DNA of 54,137 bases from a virus (taxonomy: Duplodnaviria; Caudoviricetes): IMG/VR virus record IMGVR_UViG_3300027963_000098, positions 1 through 54,137 of that record; one strand, given 5' to 3'. Positions 11,501 through 19,155 of this stretch are shown in pieces (within the stretch, counting starts at the first letter, position 1; each line of letters opens with the position of its first letter). The translations under genes were made by a program, and so were the position numbers. The notes beneath the pieces were generated by a model. It saw nothing but the letters and a program-made list of their open reading frames with translations. It had not been told where the DNA came from and made no database searches.

Positions 11501-12052
11501 TCTGCGGGTATGATTATTAATTCTGCCGAGGCTGTTAAGCGGTTCAATGATGGGCATGTGGAACGTGCATTTGAGACTATTGCTCCCGCTGCTATCAAGA
11601 ACATTATGGCTGGTAGTCGTTTAGCTTCTGAAGGCGCTCTTACAATGAAGGGCGATACCTTGCTTGAAAATATTTCGGCGAAAGAAGCATTTTTGCAGAT
11701 GCTTGGATTCTCGCCGGAACGGCTGGCGCAGCGTCAAGCAGCAAACATCGAAGCCAAGAGTATGGAAGAAGCGCTCAAGTCGCGCAGACAAGATTACTTG
11801 AACTTTCTTGCTATGGCTTACGATGCTGGTGATAGTGATGCGGTAGCTAAGATATTAGAAAAAATTGCTGATTGGAATATGGTACATCCAGAAAAAGAAT
11901 TTCAAATCAATTTTAATACCATCAAAGCTTCTATGAAGAAACGCGCCGTAGAACGAGCACAGGCAAGTATGTTTGGTGGCTTGCGTATAAATAAGGCTTT
12001 CATCAACCGTGCTGAAGAGATGACTGCTTACGCGGACGACGACGAAGAATAA
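5591..12052 (+). CDS. Large polyvalent/ejection protein with a HExxH zincin metallopeptidase and a PLxRFG domain
   Basis: 2153 aa; VFLHEVMHAAT...HEFVSEAF; PYFPLKRFG; last gene of the virion operon. Confidence 0.7.
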   Translation: MDVRMPDGTIISGVPDNITKSELLRRYSAYQKTQEEPEPTKDTGLLDMTGRAVMRGVKQLGSTFGDVIPAMAASAVGEDEYAKRQMEEAAATQKEIKEKYAPRYESYRDVKGLGDVLPYILETGAEQVPNIASVLLPGGVAGMGGRALAGRTATEALAARAAEKGMTEEAAANLAARVLPKAERTGQQFGQAAGVYLGSYALNSPEVFQNIYERTGKLEPGAAALAGSVSAALDSVFPAYALNKLTPGVKAGVVERILERSGMKPGIARGAAADVITGVATEGPTEAAQEAISIAAEKFVDDHADVWNSQDFQRVVDAGVAGAAGSVLFGGVSGAARGYMQKKAGETPPAAEAPPPPSKNAYDEADQHDLDLEQEAVRQARGETAPPPPAPPSTVDRLAEEAFPSMETLQAKYDELEKERKSLLKQEQNEQVQARLQEIDAQQEQIAGEQDQLESRLQQRLDNPPRMPSAPLASMGPQQGLDFGEAVSQEERTAPQTTTGEAPQQGLDLGAPVEKPQAPPTIETVKPAEQLVTDVSAAPLERFLAAIKPSSPSELEIKKQRSALLEDKGLIRAIRDMYEDLKADDKELPYYTELIKEFFNKYLKPLSPERLKEFENFDKLSAEEQKQFLASATNLPDLTTYDGVNKLKLAFNDFVSEQQLKGLGITPSTNAYAQAKQTLRKLKEKVKSGLKNLDKAERAANDYFRRFNFDTALRAAAFDMAYGTPRNELFSGQGADYAPFFQEWLLTNASPEVNRKFEQYRRAYEHLATRDAEIDRQREERSEHLESEAETVREYEEAERESRLGPFATSEKVSGSLTQMMHPAVVGAIERNDLNDALRTLLAVQKKNLTPYQKQLITKLLSLNLQTSIGYNKLNESYEHLVDSNSWIFNSAVNIYHQLKNLAPYYPRINMYVKRLDEVYSNSPTNTGIITGMYYTISNIIDYNNQNQIIPQNLFDEIKELGKILKRENEIIEDSWGVYFPEIDSISLNTLNNMGANSVYVFLHEVMHAATSRVLNDPSAYGARQQEAAFELKKLYAHSKAISKLDKYGFTDIHEFVSEAFTNHEFQKVLQAIQYKNTSKSWWDKFVQFCMQMFGVDNVLGQTIIQTQALFDAPHNRFGLGSPNAAMRGYYENNSNEQPGAIRNISNQIRNSKEFNDIKMILSELWSTMKDQTRKYFLGAFTLRQLEEMIGIEYNRLTGEFETKVPQISLLIKNIEDMQDSRNKTIQKGKPILDKLMKLYSSNKATSELLTRLIQTSTVEQLDPSVANPATPADKEKAALLKQLTADWEALGKMKDGAAAQELYIEMRDFFRETLANYKRISAEREYRRIMGSKEAAERATREHVARQLFAYRQLYTGKTDEELKALIESEIEQDAQKLIASGKETIDTATARVLADKKIESQFKEMIDPYFPLKRFGRFWYKEGTGKDMKFYMFESAYERNEALKDARVKDPKGNFASGNDVRSMTSTALQNARLFEELKGMVTNVDEKDPEKLKEAILDQMGELFITTLPSQSIRNMFLHRKNVPGASADMVRSFAHAMFHLGYQQARFEYAPRMFDSMEAARNFLSTQGIATTPEEDVTRRTLNDYLNEVQRRLDNVLSPMDQASWVTFVSNLGFLNFLTSPASAIVNMLAVPTIGYPVLAGPYGWGPARQAYSKYMKMLSGSGWKDELGNFDAPSIGRNKNLTEVEKRAYQAFIDSGLIDVSMTHDVAGLSEQPSNDYTGRWHKVMTFAAFPFHKAERFNREVTAMAAFDLAYKSNGGNFEAAVEKAKNLTYKSMFDYSTANKPRYFQGDLPKVLLQFKQYAQHMTYLLFRTAYESTNLIGQKEYEQLMAEGKTDEANKVMKESIELRKDARRTFAGMMGMSFLFAGTMGMPVWFIFSGIANAFASVFGDDDDEYDVENWYKNWLNSVFGGFVGDSIARGVVPQITGASLSDRMSTNLTDMWWRDTKRNQDEVTNTQNAIINLLGPSAGMIINSAEAVKRFNDGHVERAFETIAPAAIKNIMAGSRLASEGALTMKGDTLLENISAKEAFLQMLGFSPERLAQRQAANIEAKSMEEALKSRRQDYLNFLAMAYDAGDSDAVAKILEKIADWNMVHPEKEFQINFNTIKASMKKRAVERAQASMFGGLRINKAFINRAEEMTAYADDDEE

Positions 12053-12076
12053 AAAAACCCCGCACGAGGCGGGGTT
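12051..12076 (-). terminator. Intrinsic terminator between the convergent operons
   Basis: AACCCCGC/GCGGGGTT stem; T7 tail on the minus strand. Confidence 0.8.
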
Positions 12077-12111
12077 AAGGAGAGAGATAACCAAGAGGTG
12101 CCCTTGCGGGC
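12051..12111 (-). ncRNA. Putative ~60-nt antisense sRNA
   Basis: Upstream promoter, 5' GCCC-GCAA-GGGC hairpin, unpaired C/U-rich core, terminator. Confidence 0.55.
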
Positions 12112-12117
12112 AGGCGA

Positions 12118-12146
12118 AGTGTAGTATTTTCTTGGTTGAATTACAA
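12118..12146 (-). promoter_or_regulatory. Sigma70-type promoter for the putative sRNA
   Basis: TTGTAA-17 nt-TACACT on the minus strand. Confidence 0.55.
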
Positions 12147-12152
12147 GTCAGA

Positions 12153-14987
12153 TTACTCTGCAATAATTTCTTCTGTTTTCACTTTGTCAGCTAGCGTTTC
12201 AACAAAGTGCTGCGGGTCCACAATCTTGTCGTTAAACACAAAGACTTCGACAGGGGGCGACGGAATCTTGGTGCCCTTGGACATCCGCTTCTTCATAGTG
12301 CCTTCGTAAGCCTCGGCCTCACGCAACTTGATGAGCATGTCTTGCACGGGTACCTGCTGCTTGCTGCAATACTGCCGCAGATGCTTAGCTGAGATGTACG
12401 TCTTCTTGGTATCCGGTTCAATCCGAATAATAAGCTCTTGCTTAGGTTCAATCAGAGGAATCTGGTCTAGTCCTGTGCGGTTATCTGCCATGTCGTTAAT
12501 GACCAACACCTTGAACCAATTCTCGTTGATGAACTCACCAATGGTAGCGGTGTAGTCTTCGCTAGGAGCAATGATGCTCTCCTTCAACTCACGGAGCATG
12601 CCAACAACCCAATTGAAGACACGCATCATGTCGTAGTCAATCAAACCGCATTCTTTGGCAATCAGACCACCAGTGATATTGGCAGCGGCGGTAGCGGAGT
12701 AGAAACGTTCTCGGCTTTCCAACCCCACAAGTGCATCAAGTTTCTTTTGCACAGTGCGAAGCGTGTCAATGACCAAGTCCTTATTTTTCACAATATATTC
12801 AAGATAGATAGGACCTGCGTGGCCGTAGTTCTCGTACATAATTTGGAAGATTTCATCAGCTTCCTGCTTGGACAGATTCGAGGTACGGTTAACCGTGTAC
12901 TCGATAAGGCGCATCATTTCGCCATCCGGCGTTGCCTTTAAAGCACGCAGTTTGTCATAGAACGAAGCATTGGAGCTAGTCAAGCCAATGGTTGCCCACG
13001 TGGTCTTGTTTGGACGTTCCGCGTTCGTTTGCGATTGCATCCGGCCCTTATTGTGCCCTTGCGTAATACTATAAGATATGTCCGAAAAATCATCCCCAGT
13101 CATCTTGGTGAGTTCGTCACACGTGTAAGCAAAGTTGTTAAGCAAGCCAAGCCGGTGAATCTTGTGGTTGTAGGTGTCCTTCCATTGCGACATCAGTTCT
13201 TCGGGATGCCCAATGATGCTATTGCACAGCTTGAGGACGGTTGACTTACCTGTACCTGACTCTTTGTTAAGGAGGTTAATCAAGGAACCGCGCATGCCCA
13301 TAAACTTCATGAGGGGCGCACCGAAGCCGGATAGAAAGCCGAAAGCCTGTCCTTCAAAACCGACCATGTTGTAGACGTTGGCGCACTGCTTCCACTTCTC
13401 TAGAGTGCCCTTGGGTTCCATCCACTCAGCCAAAACTTTAGTAGCCGATGAAGGAGGGCTGTATTTAATTTCTGTGGCACTGATTTCTTTGGTACCAATA
13501 ATAATTTTGGTGTCATCATCAGCCCAACCAAATTGATTGCGCATGGACTCTGCTTCCTTTCGTGTCTGTAAATCTTTAACAACATCAATGATATAGGCCA
13601 TAATTAACTTCATCTGGTCACCGCCACACACCACACCGTGATGCGCGAGAATCTTTCGCAGTTCTTCTTTTGACCCGATGTCAGCCGCAACTATCGTGAA
13701 TTCTCTGGCCCCATCCACAGGCAGGTGCAAACGCATATGTATGCACTCGCCATCTCCGTCTTTGTCGTGCAACCGTTTGATTACGAACAAATAGTTTTCA
13801 TAAACAAGGATAGGGTCACCATCCGTGACATTCTTGTAGACGCCTTTGAATTTACCGGCAAAGTAGGGAGAAGGAAGGTCTGGAATCTCGTACTTCCTTA
13901 GAGACCCATCAGACTCCTGTTCAACGATGTCTTTTTCCCCTGCCGCCATAGTCTCGTTGCCGAGAACAATTGGTGACTTAATACGCCCACGGTATTTGCA
14001 GTTCTCACACCCACTAGCATTAAGCGATTCAAACTTAGAGCAAGTGTATGGCCCAGCGATTGAGGCTGCTTTTCTTTTCGTACTTTCCGGAGAATAGTCA
14101 GGGTGTTGGTCAGATATAAGGTGGATAGCACTAGCGCCATCTACGCAGTGATTCGCAATAGACAGGCCAGCCCTCCACAACGGCTCTTCAATTTCTGCTT
14201 GATTGACGATGATGTTTTCAATTTGGGCACAACCGTCTCCTTCAGCAGTGCGTTCAATAAGTTTCGTGAACACTGACTGCTTGTTAGCCATGAGGGACAT
14301 GGTCAACTCATTGGGCCGCGAAGAAGGTGTAAAAGAACCGAACCCAAGTAAATCTGACTTTATCTCTTCTAAACAACTTTTGAAGAACTCTAATGTCACG
14401 GGTTCTGCCCAGTTAGCCACCGTTACATGTAGCGGAGGGTCCACCTTGAAATTCAAAGTCTCTGGGATACGCAGGATACGAACTGCATCCGTAGTACAAG
14501 CAGCATCTGCTTGAAGGTTATGTTTGTTGCATGTTTTAGTAAGGGCTTCTGCAATAGGCTTCCAGTCCGAAACTTCTATCGTTTCAGTCAGGGGCCAATA
14601 CACATGAAGACCACGACCAGAATCAACGATTGTTGGAAGTGGTAACTTAGTGGATTCGCAAAAGCCGGTTAGTGCGAGAAGTCCATCTTGTTGTGTTTCA
14701 TATGGTTTGCCAATACCACAGTCAATATCTAACCAAAACGCCTTGTTATTCAGAGCATTGTCGTAGTTACGTTTGGCGTTAGCGCCCCTGCCTTCTTTGA
14801 ATTTGGCAAGGGAAAAGAACGCGTTATACCCTTCGGTAACAAGACGCGTAGCAATAGGCTCAACATCATCAAGTGATTGAGTGAAGAACCGCTGCGGTTT
14901 TTTATCGACCCCATCTGGAGCAAGGCCAGCGATGCAGTACCAGCCATCTGTACCAAGCACATGCTCCAGTAATTCGCGCATAGCCAT
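12153..14987 (-). CDS. Primase-helicase (RepB/AEP-type primase plus DUF927-like region and P-loop helicase)
   Basis: WLDID and SGRGLHVYW primase motifs; Cys cluster CSKF..GCENC; Walker A ESGTGKST; Walker B CDE. Confidence 0.8.
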   Translation of the reverse strand: MAMRELLEHVLGTDGWYCIAGLAPDGVDKKPQRFFTQSLDDVEPIATRLVTEGYNAFFSLAKFKEGRGANAKRNYDNALNNKAFWLDIDCGIGKPYETQQDGLLALTGFCESTKLPLPTIVDSGRGLHVYWPLTETIEVSDWKPIAEALTKTCNKHNLQADAACTTDAVRILRIPETLNFKVDPPLHVTVANWAEPVTLEFFKSCLEEIKSDLLGFGSFTPSSRPNELTMSLMANKQSVFTKLIERTAEGDGCAQIENIIVNQAEIEEPLWRAGLSIANHCVDGASAIHLISDQHPDYSPESTKRKAASIAGPYTCSKFESLNASGCENCKYRGRIKSPIVLGNETMAAGEKDIVEQESDGSLRKYEIPDLPSPYFAGKFKGVYKNVTDGDPILVYENYLFVIKRLHDKDGDGECIHMRLHLPVDGAREFTIVAADIGSKEELRKILAHHGVVCGGDQMKLIMAYIIDVVKDLQTRKEAESMRNQFGWADDDTKIIIGTKEISATEIKYSPPSSATKVLAEWMEPKGTLEKWKQCANVYNMVGFEGQAFGFLSGFGAPLMKFMGMRGSLINLLNKESGTGKSTVLKLCNSIIGHPEELMSQWKDTYNHKIHRLGLLNNFAYTCDELTKMTGDDFSDISYSITQGHNKGRMQSQTNAERPNKTTWATIGLTSSNASFYDKLRALKATPDGEMMRLIEYTVNRTSNLSKQEADEIFQIMYENYGHAGPIYLEYIVKNKDLVIDTLRTVQKKLDALVGLESRERFYSATAAANITGGLIAKECGLIDYDMMRVFNWVVGMLRELKESIIAPSEDYTATIGEFINENWFKVLVINDMADNRTGLDQIPLIEPKQELIIRIEPDTKKTYISAKHLRQYCSKQQVPVQDMLIKLREAEAYEGTMKKRMSKGTKIPSPPVEVFVFNDKIVDPQHFVETLADKVKTEEIIAE

Positions 14988-14998
14988 AGCGGCCTCTT

Positions 14999-15250
14999 TT
15001 AGTCCATCACCCCCGCTTTTTCCAATACATCTCGGATGCGTTCTTCTTGGGCTTTTCGTGGTTCTACCTTACCCGTGAACCAGTTGTAGACGGTTACCTT
15101 AGATACTTGAAAGTATTCGGCTATATCTAAAACTGGAATATCCCGGGAGATACAAAAAGCACCGAGACGAACACCGAGACTATTGGAATCAGCGAGTTGG
15201 TTTGCTTCGATAACCCGTTGACTGTAGCCTCGGTAGTCCGTGTCACTCAT
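14999..15250 (-). CDS. XRE/Cro-like HTH protein
   Basis: VLDIAEYFQVSKVTVYNWFTG helix-turn-helix pattern. Confidence 0.7.
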   Translation of the reverse strand: MSDTDYRGYSQRVIEANQLADSNSLGVRLGAFCISRDIPVLDIAEYFQVSKVTVYNWFTGKVEPRKAQEERIRDVLEKAGVMD

Positions 15251-16154
15251 CGTCTACGTCCCGCGACTTGCTGGAAGCAAACTTGCTAAGGATGGCCTTG
15301 AGTTCCGGCTTGGCCTCAATAGCCGGTTGAGCGGGAGCCGCCTTTCTAGCCTTCGGCGGAGGAATATCTTCTTCCTCGTCATCTTCCGTTACATCCGGTT
15401 CAGCAGCCTTTGTCGGTGCCGGAAGGGCTTGTGTCTTGGGCTGAATCTTCGGTGCCGAAATAGCCATCTGACATTCTTGGGTATCACCAAGGCTGCAAGC
15501 CTGAGCGTAATCATCCTCGTCCAAGAAACGAACAGGGCTGAACACGAGCTTGGGCGTGTCGCTGTTGCTGTCAAACTTCATCTCGGTAACGAGGGCGTTG
15601 ATACTGAACCCTTGCGAGACAACGTATGTCAGGTACTGATTAAACGGCATGTGTTCTTGGTCGCCCGTACCAAAGATGGAGGTTGCGGACAAGACAAGTT
15701 GGTAGACATTTCCCAAATCATTAGGGAGTGCCAGCGCCAGACGACGAGCATACCGGCAAGCGCGAGAGCCACCTGCACCAGAACCCTTGATGTTCTTCGG
15801 GCAGTCTTTGCAGTTGCTGTGCTGCGGCTTGAGGACGCTAGCGTCGGGCTTAATACCATCCGGCGACCAGCAATCCGGCGAGGTAGTTTCGGCTTTCGGG
15901 TCGTAGGCCCCTGCATAGAAACTCCGTGAAATATCCTTGGAGGCATTGACGATAACAACTTCCATGCTGTTGCTCTCGTTCTTGGTCATCTCTTCGCCAT
16001 TGACAACCAGACGGAACACACGACCACGGATGGAGATACGCTTCAAGGGGCTATTGTTGATACTGGGGGCAAGCGCCTTGGTGAGGTCGTTAACACCGAT
16101 GTTGCGCAGGTGTTCCGGAATAGCCGACTTCTTGAACAGGGTTACGTTTGACAT
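15243..16154 (-). CDS. Putative ssDNA-binding/recombination protein
   Basis: Replication-module position, Cys motif (CWS..CKDC..CR), acidic C-terminal tail. Confidence 0.5.
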   Translation of the reverse strand: MSNVTLFKKSAIPEHLRNIGVNDLTKALAPSINNSPLKRISIRGRVFRLVVNGEEMTKNESNSMEVVIVNASKDISRSFYAGAYDPKAETTSPDCWSPDGIKPDASVLKPQHSNCKDCPKNIKGSGAGGSRACRYARRLALALPNDLGNVYQLVLSATSIFGTGDQEHMPFNQYLTYVVSQGFSINALVTEMKFDSNSDTPKLVFSPVRFLDEDDYAQACSLGDTQECQMAISAPKIQPKTQALPAPTKAAEPDVTEDDEEEDIPPPKARKAAPAQPAIEAKPELKAILSKFASSKSRDVDDE

Positions 16155-16166
16155 TTTGGTTACCTC

Positions 16167-16571
16167 TTAAGAGTTACGTGCGCGAGTTACACGGACTTCA
16201 TATTCCCGATTGACATTGAGTCCTTCTGGATGGATGTCGGGATTCTCCTCCAGAAATTGTTTCATCGACGTTTGGTTAATCCGCTTGTGCAGCAGATTGA
16301 AAGCATCATGGTCTCTGATGAAACGATACATCGAGTCCCAGTCGCTAGTCCAGTAGTCGGTTTTCACGGTGCGGCTAATTGTCCCGTGTGCAGTGCGGAT
16401 GCTTTCTGCTTGATTGCTCTCACAGATTTCCAGAAGCGCCTTGGAGATTTCCTCCAGTTGCTCATCCAACTCCTTGACTTGGAGTTCCATCTGCCGCTTG
16501 ATGTCTTGCTTCTGGTCTCGAATTGCCACGTATGCAGCAACGAGGTCGTCAGTATTAATTACATCAGACAT
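16167..16571 (-). CDS. Conserved phage protein (coiled coil, Gam-like)
   Basis: N-terminal coiled coil, SIRTAHGT and DWDSMYRFI motifs; GAGAGG RBS. Confidence 0.5.
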   Translation of the reverse strand: MSDVINTDDLVAAYVAIRDQKQDIKRQMELQVKELDEQLEEISKALLEICESNQAESIRTAHGTISRTVKTDYWTSDWDSMYRFIRDHDAFNLLHKRINQTSMKQFLEENPDIHPEGLNVNREYEVRVTRARNS

Positions 16572-16623
16572 AAATAACCTCTCTTGGTTGGTCTCAGAAC
16601 TCGGGTCTGCGCCCGATGTGTGA

Positions 16624-16652
16624 ATAGTAGAGCAGTTATTTTACTGTGTCAA
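16624..16652 (-). promoter_or_regulatory. Strong sigma70-type promoter for the SSB/primase genes
   Basis: TTGACA-17 nt-TACTAT on the minus strand. Confidence 0.75.
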
Positions 16653-18202
16653 GTGTCCAGCGAATTTTTGTAGAGGTCCACGAGGCTTTGATGAGTTGTC
16701 AGTTTGCGGCTCAGCATCTTGTACAGGTCGCGTTCCACCATACTTCCTTGGATATGCACCACCGTCATGGAGTTTTTCTGCCCCTTGCGGTTGATACGTG
16801 CGTTTGCTTGCAGGTATGTCTCGATGGAAGTTACAGGTGAATACCAAACAACTACGTTTGCGGCTGTAAGGGTGACCCCGTGTGCTGCCGACTGTGGTTG
16901 GATTATCAATACGTTTGGTTCGGGTTGTGTCTGAAACCGATTGAAAATATCTGTACGCTTACTTACAGGTACATCACCACATATAATCTCAGTTCGAGTC
17001 CCGTTTTGTGTAAGATAATTATACAACAGGTCAATAGTGTGGCGGAAAGGCACGAAGACAAGAACCTTGTGTGACGCTTCTTCGATTACCTCTTTGACTA
17101 CTTGCAGTCTATTTGATACGTCAAACTCAATGACTGCGCCCGAGTCCGCATACACCGCACCGCCAGAAATTTGTAGGAGTTTCGTTAGTTTGGCTGCTGC
17201 GTTGACTGCACTGATTTCTTCTCCCGCTGCTTCCGCCGCGAGTTTTGCCTTCATCTGCTTGTAGTACTTAGTCTGCTGCGCCGTGAGCGGTGCTTCGCGT
17301 TCTACGTATACGAGGTCAGGTAGGTCTAGGCATTCTTCTTTGGTGAACCGGATGGCAGGTTGTAGGGCTGCGTGTACTGCTGCGCTGGCTGTATGTTTCG
17401 GTATCCACTTGAACTTGTTGATTTGCTCCATGACTCGGTCACGGAATGCCCCAAAGAATTTAGGCACGTTGTCCGGTACGCAGAGTTTGCCAAGTCCGTA
17501 AGCGTCAGTCGGAGACTGTGCTGCAGGGGTGCCTGTCATCATCCATAGATAGGTCTGCGGTGTTAGCAAGCCGCGCATTACCTTCCAGCGTTTGGTCTGC
17601 GGGTTCTTGTAGGCGTTGGCTTCATCAATAATGATAAGGTCGAACCCACCTGCGGCTATCTCTTTGGAAACCGTCTCGACTCCGTCATAGTTGATAATGA
17701 TGTAGTCGTAAGGAGCGGAAATAATCTCCTTCCTTTTTTCCCTTGACCCATGCGCTACACCTACCTTGCGGTGGGTTGCAAACTTAAACAGGTCTGCTTG
17801 CCACGCCGACTGCATTATGGACAAGGGGCATACAATCAGAACACGCCCGATGGCACCTTGTGTCAGTAAGTAGTCCGAAGCCCAGATAGCGGCGGCGGTC
17901 TTGCCCGTACCTTGCTCGTTAAAGCAAAACGCACGGGGGTTCAATGTAAGAAACGACGCTGTATCTTTTTGATGCTGCATAGGCGGATACACGCCGGGCC
18001 ACTTATAGTCCCGCTCGATAGGGGAAGGTACTTTCTTAAACTTAAGTCGAGCTAATAGTTGGGCTTCTTTTAAGTTCCAATTGACGGCAACCATGTGGAT
18101 GCCCTCGTTTTCTGAAAGTGCCCTACTACCATCTATCGTCTCTGTGATTCTCTCTGGTGTCTTGGTTCGCACCAATAACACTTTGTCTTTTAGGATTTCC
18201 AT
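16649..18202 (-). CDS. SNF2-family (SF2) helicase
   Basis: EQGTGKT, IIDEA, MTGTP, HGVTLTAA, QANARINRKGQ motifs. Confidence 0.88.
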   Translation of the reverse strand: MEILKDKVLLVRTKTPERITETIDGSRALSENEGIHMVAVNWNLKEAQLLARLKFKKVPSPIERDYKWPGVYPPMQHQKDTASFLTLNPRAFCFNEQGTGKTAAAIWASDYLLTQGAIGRVLIVCPLSIMQSAWQADLFKFATHRKVGVAHGSREKRKEIISAPYDYIIINYDGVETVSKEIAAGGFDLIIIDEANAYKNPQTKRWKVMRGLLTPQTYLWMMTGTPAAQSPTDAYGLGKLCVPDNVPKFFGAFRDRVMEQINKFKWIPKHTASAAVHAALQPAIRFTKEECLDLPDLVYVEREAPLTAQQTKYYKQMKAKLAAEAAGEEISAVNAAAKLTKLLQISGGAVYADSGAVIEFDVSNRLQVVKEVIEEASHKVLVFVPFRHTIDLLYNYLTQNGTRTEIICGDVPVSKRTDIFNRFQTQPEPNVLIIQPQSAAHGVTLTAANVVVWYSPVTSIETYLQANARINRKGQKNSMTVVHIQGSMVERDLYKMLSRKLTTHQSLVDLYKNSLDT

Positions 18203-18477
18203 TATTTTTTGGGTTTGTTTCTTTTGACAGTGTGGTCTGAGTTACGTGAGAACGAACGATTCTTTGTGGGGGATTTAAGCCGAAGATTGCTGGGCGAGTT
18301 GGTGCCCCCTTTGGATAGCGGAATGGCATGGTCAATATCCTTTCCAGTTCGGTCTACGCCTTTTTTGTCCATCGCGTATCTTGCTCGTTGCCGAGCAGCA
18401 CGCGGAGCTTTTTCGTCTCGTGCCTTTTGTTGCTGCCATTCTTTCTTATAAGGTCTGGGTTTGTTTACGTACGGCAT
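18202..18477 (-). CDS. HNH endonuclease-like protein
   Basis: DIDHAIPLSKGGTNSPSNL...NR motif. Confidence 0.75.
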   Translation of the reverse strand: MPYVNKPRPYKKEWQQQKARDEKAPRAARQRARYAMDKKGVDRTGKDIDHAIPLSKGGTNSPSNLRLKSPTKNRSFSRNSDHTVKRNKPKK

Positions 18478-18486
18478 GGTGTCCTC

Positions 18487-19155
18487 CTAACGTCCATTAT
18501 TGCCATGATACTCGCAATCTGTCACAGGGCAAAACTTCTTGCACGTGAAGTTAGGACTAGGATTCCAAGTCTCTGACTCATAGCAGCCTTCAAGGCGAAT
18601 CAACTCATCGAACCAATTCATCCATGCTTCTTTCTGACCTTCGGGGGTGTATTCGGTTTGGATAAACTCTTGAGTTACTACAAACAATAACCCTGCCTTC
18701 ACTAACTTAATTTCAGGGAAGTGCTTGAACACGCAGAGCGACATTAGTTCCAATTGTTTGGTGTCGGCGTATTGCGATTTGCCAGTCTTATAATCAACCA
18801 AGAAGGCAGTGTCCCCGCTGATAATTAGCAAGTCAGCCACGCTACGCAGCCATACATCTTTTGCAAAGAACTCGCACGGTGCAAGTTCCTTAGTCAGCCC
18901 CATACGGTATTCGCAAAGCCGTTCACCATCAATGGTCATGAACACATCTAAGTAGGGCTTGATGAAGGAGAACTTCTCAGGGATGTCCTTGCCGTCCCTT
19001 ACATACAACTCGGCTGCTTTGTGTAACTCCTGTCCATACATCATTATTTCGGACATCGGTTCTTTGATGTCCTTGGTAATCTTCAGCCGAAAATACTTTC
19101 TCGGGCATTGCTGAAAGGTAGAAAGAGCGGAATACGACCATGTGTAATCTGGCAT
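18487..19155 (-). CDS. PD-(D/E)XK exonuclease (Cas4/RecB-like)
   Basis: SYSAL..CP, D...DYKTGK, QL and C-terminal C..CP...C. Confidence 0.8.
   Translation of the reverse strand: MPDYTWSYSALSTFQQCPRKYFRLKITKDIKEPMSEIMMYGQELHKAAELYVRDGKDIPEKFSFIKPYLDVFMTIDGERLCEYRMGLTKELAPCEFFAKDVWLRSVADLLIISGDTAFLVDYKTGKSQYADTKQLELMSLCVFKHFPEIKLVKAGLLFVVTQEFIQTEYTPEGQKEAWMNWFDELIRLEGCYESETWNPSPNFTCKKFCPVTDCEYHGNNGR

Noticed and set aside
18487-19155. Cas4-like nuclease as evidence of a CRISPR system
   Set aside because: Stand-alone PD-(D/E)XK nucleases beside PolA are routine in phage replication modules, and there is no array.
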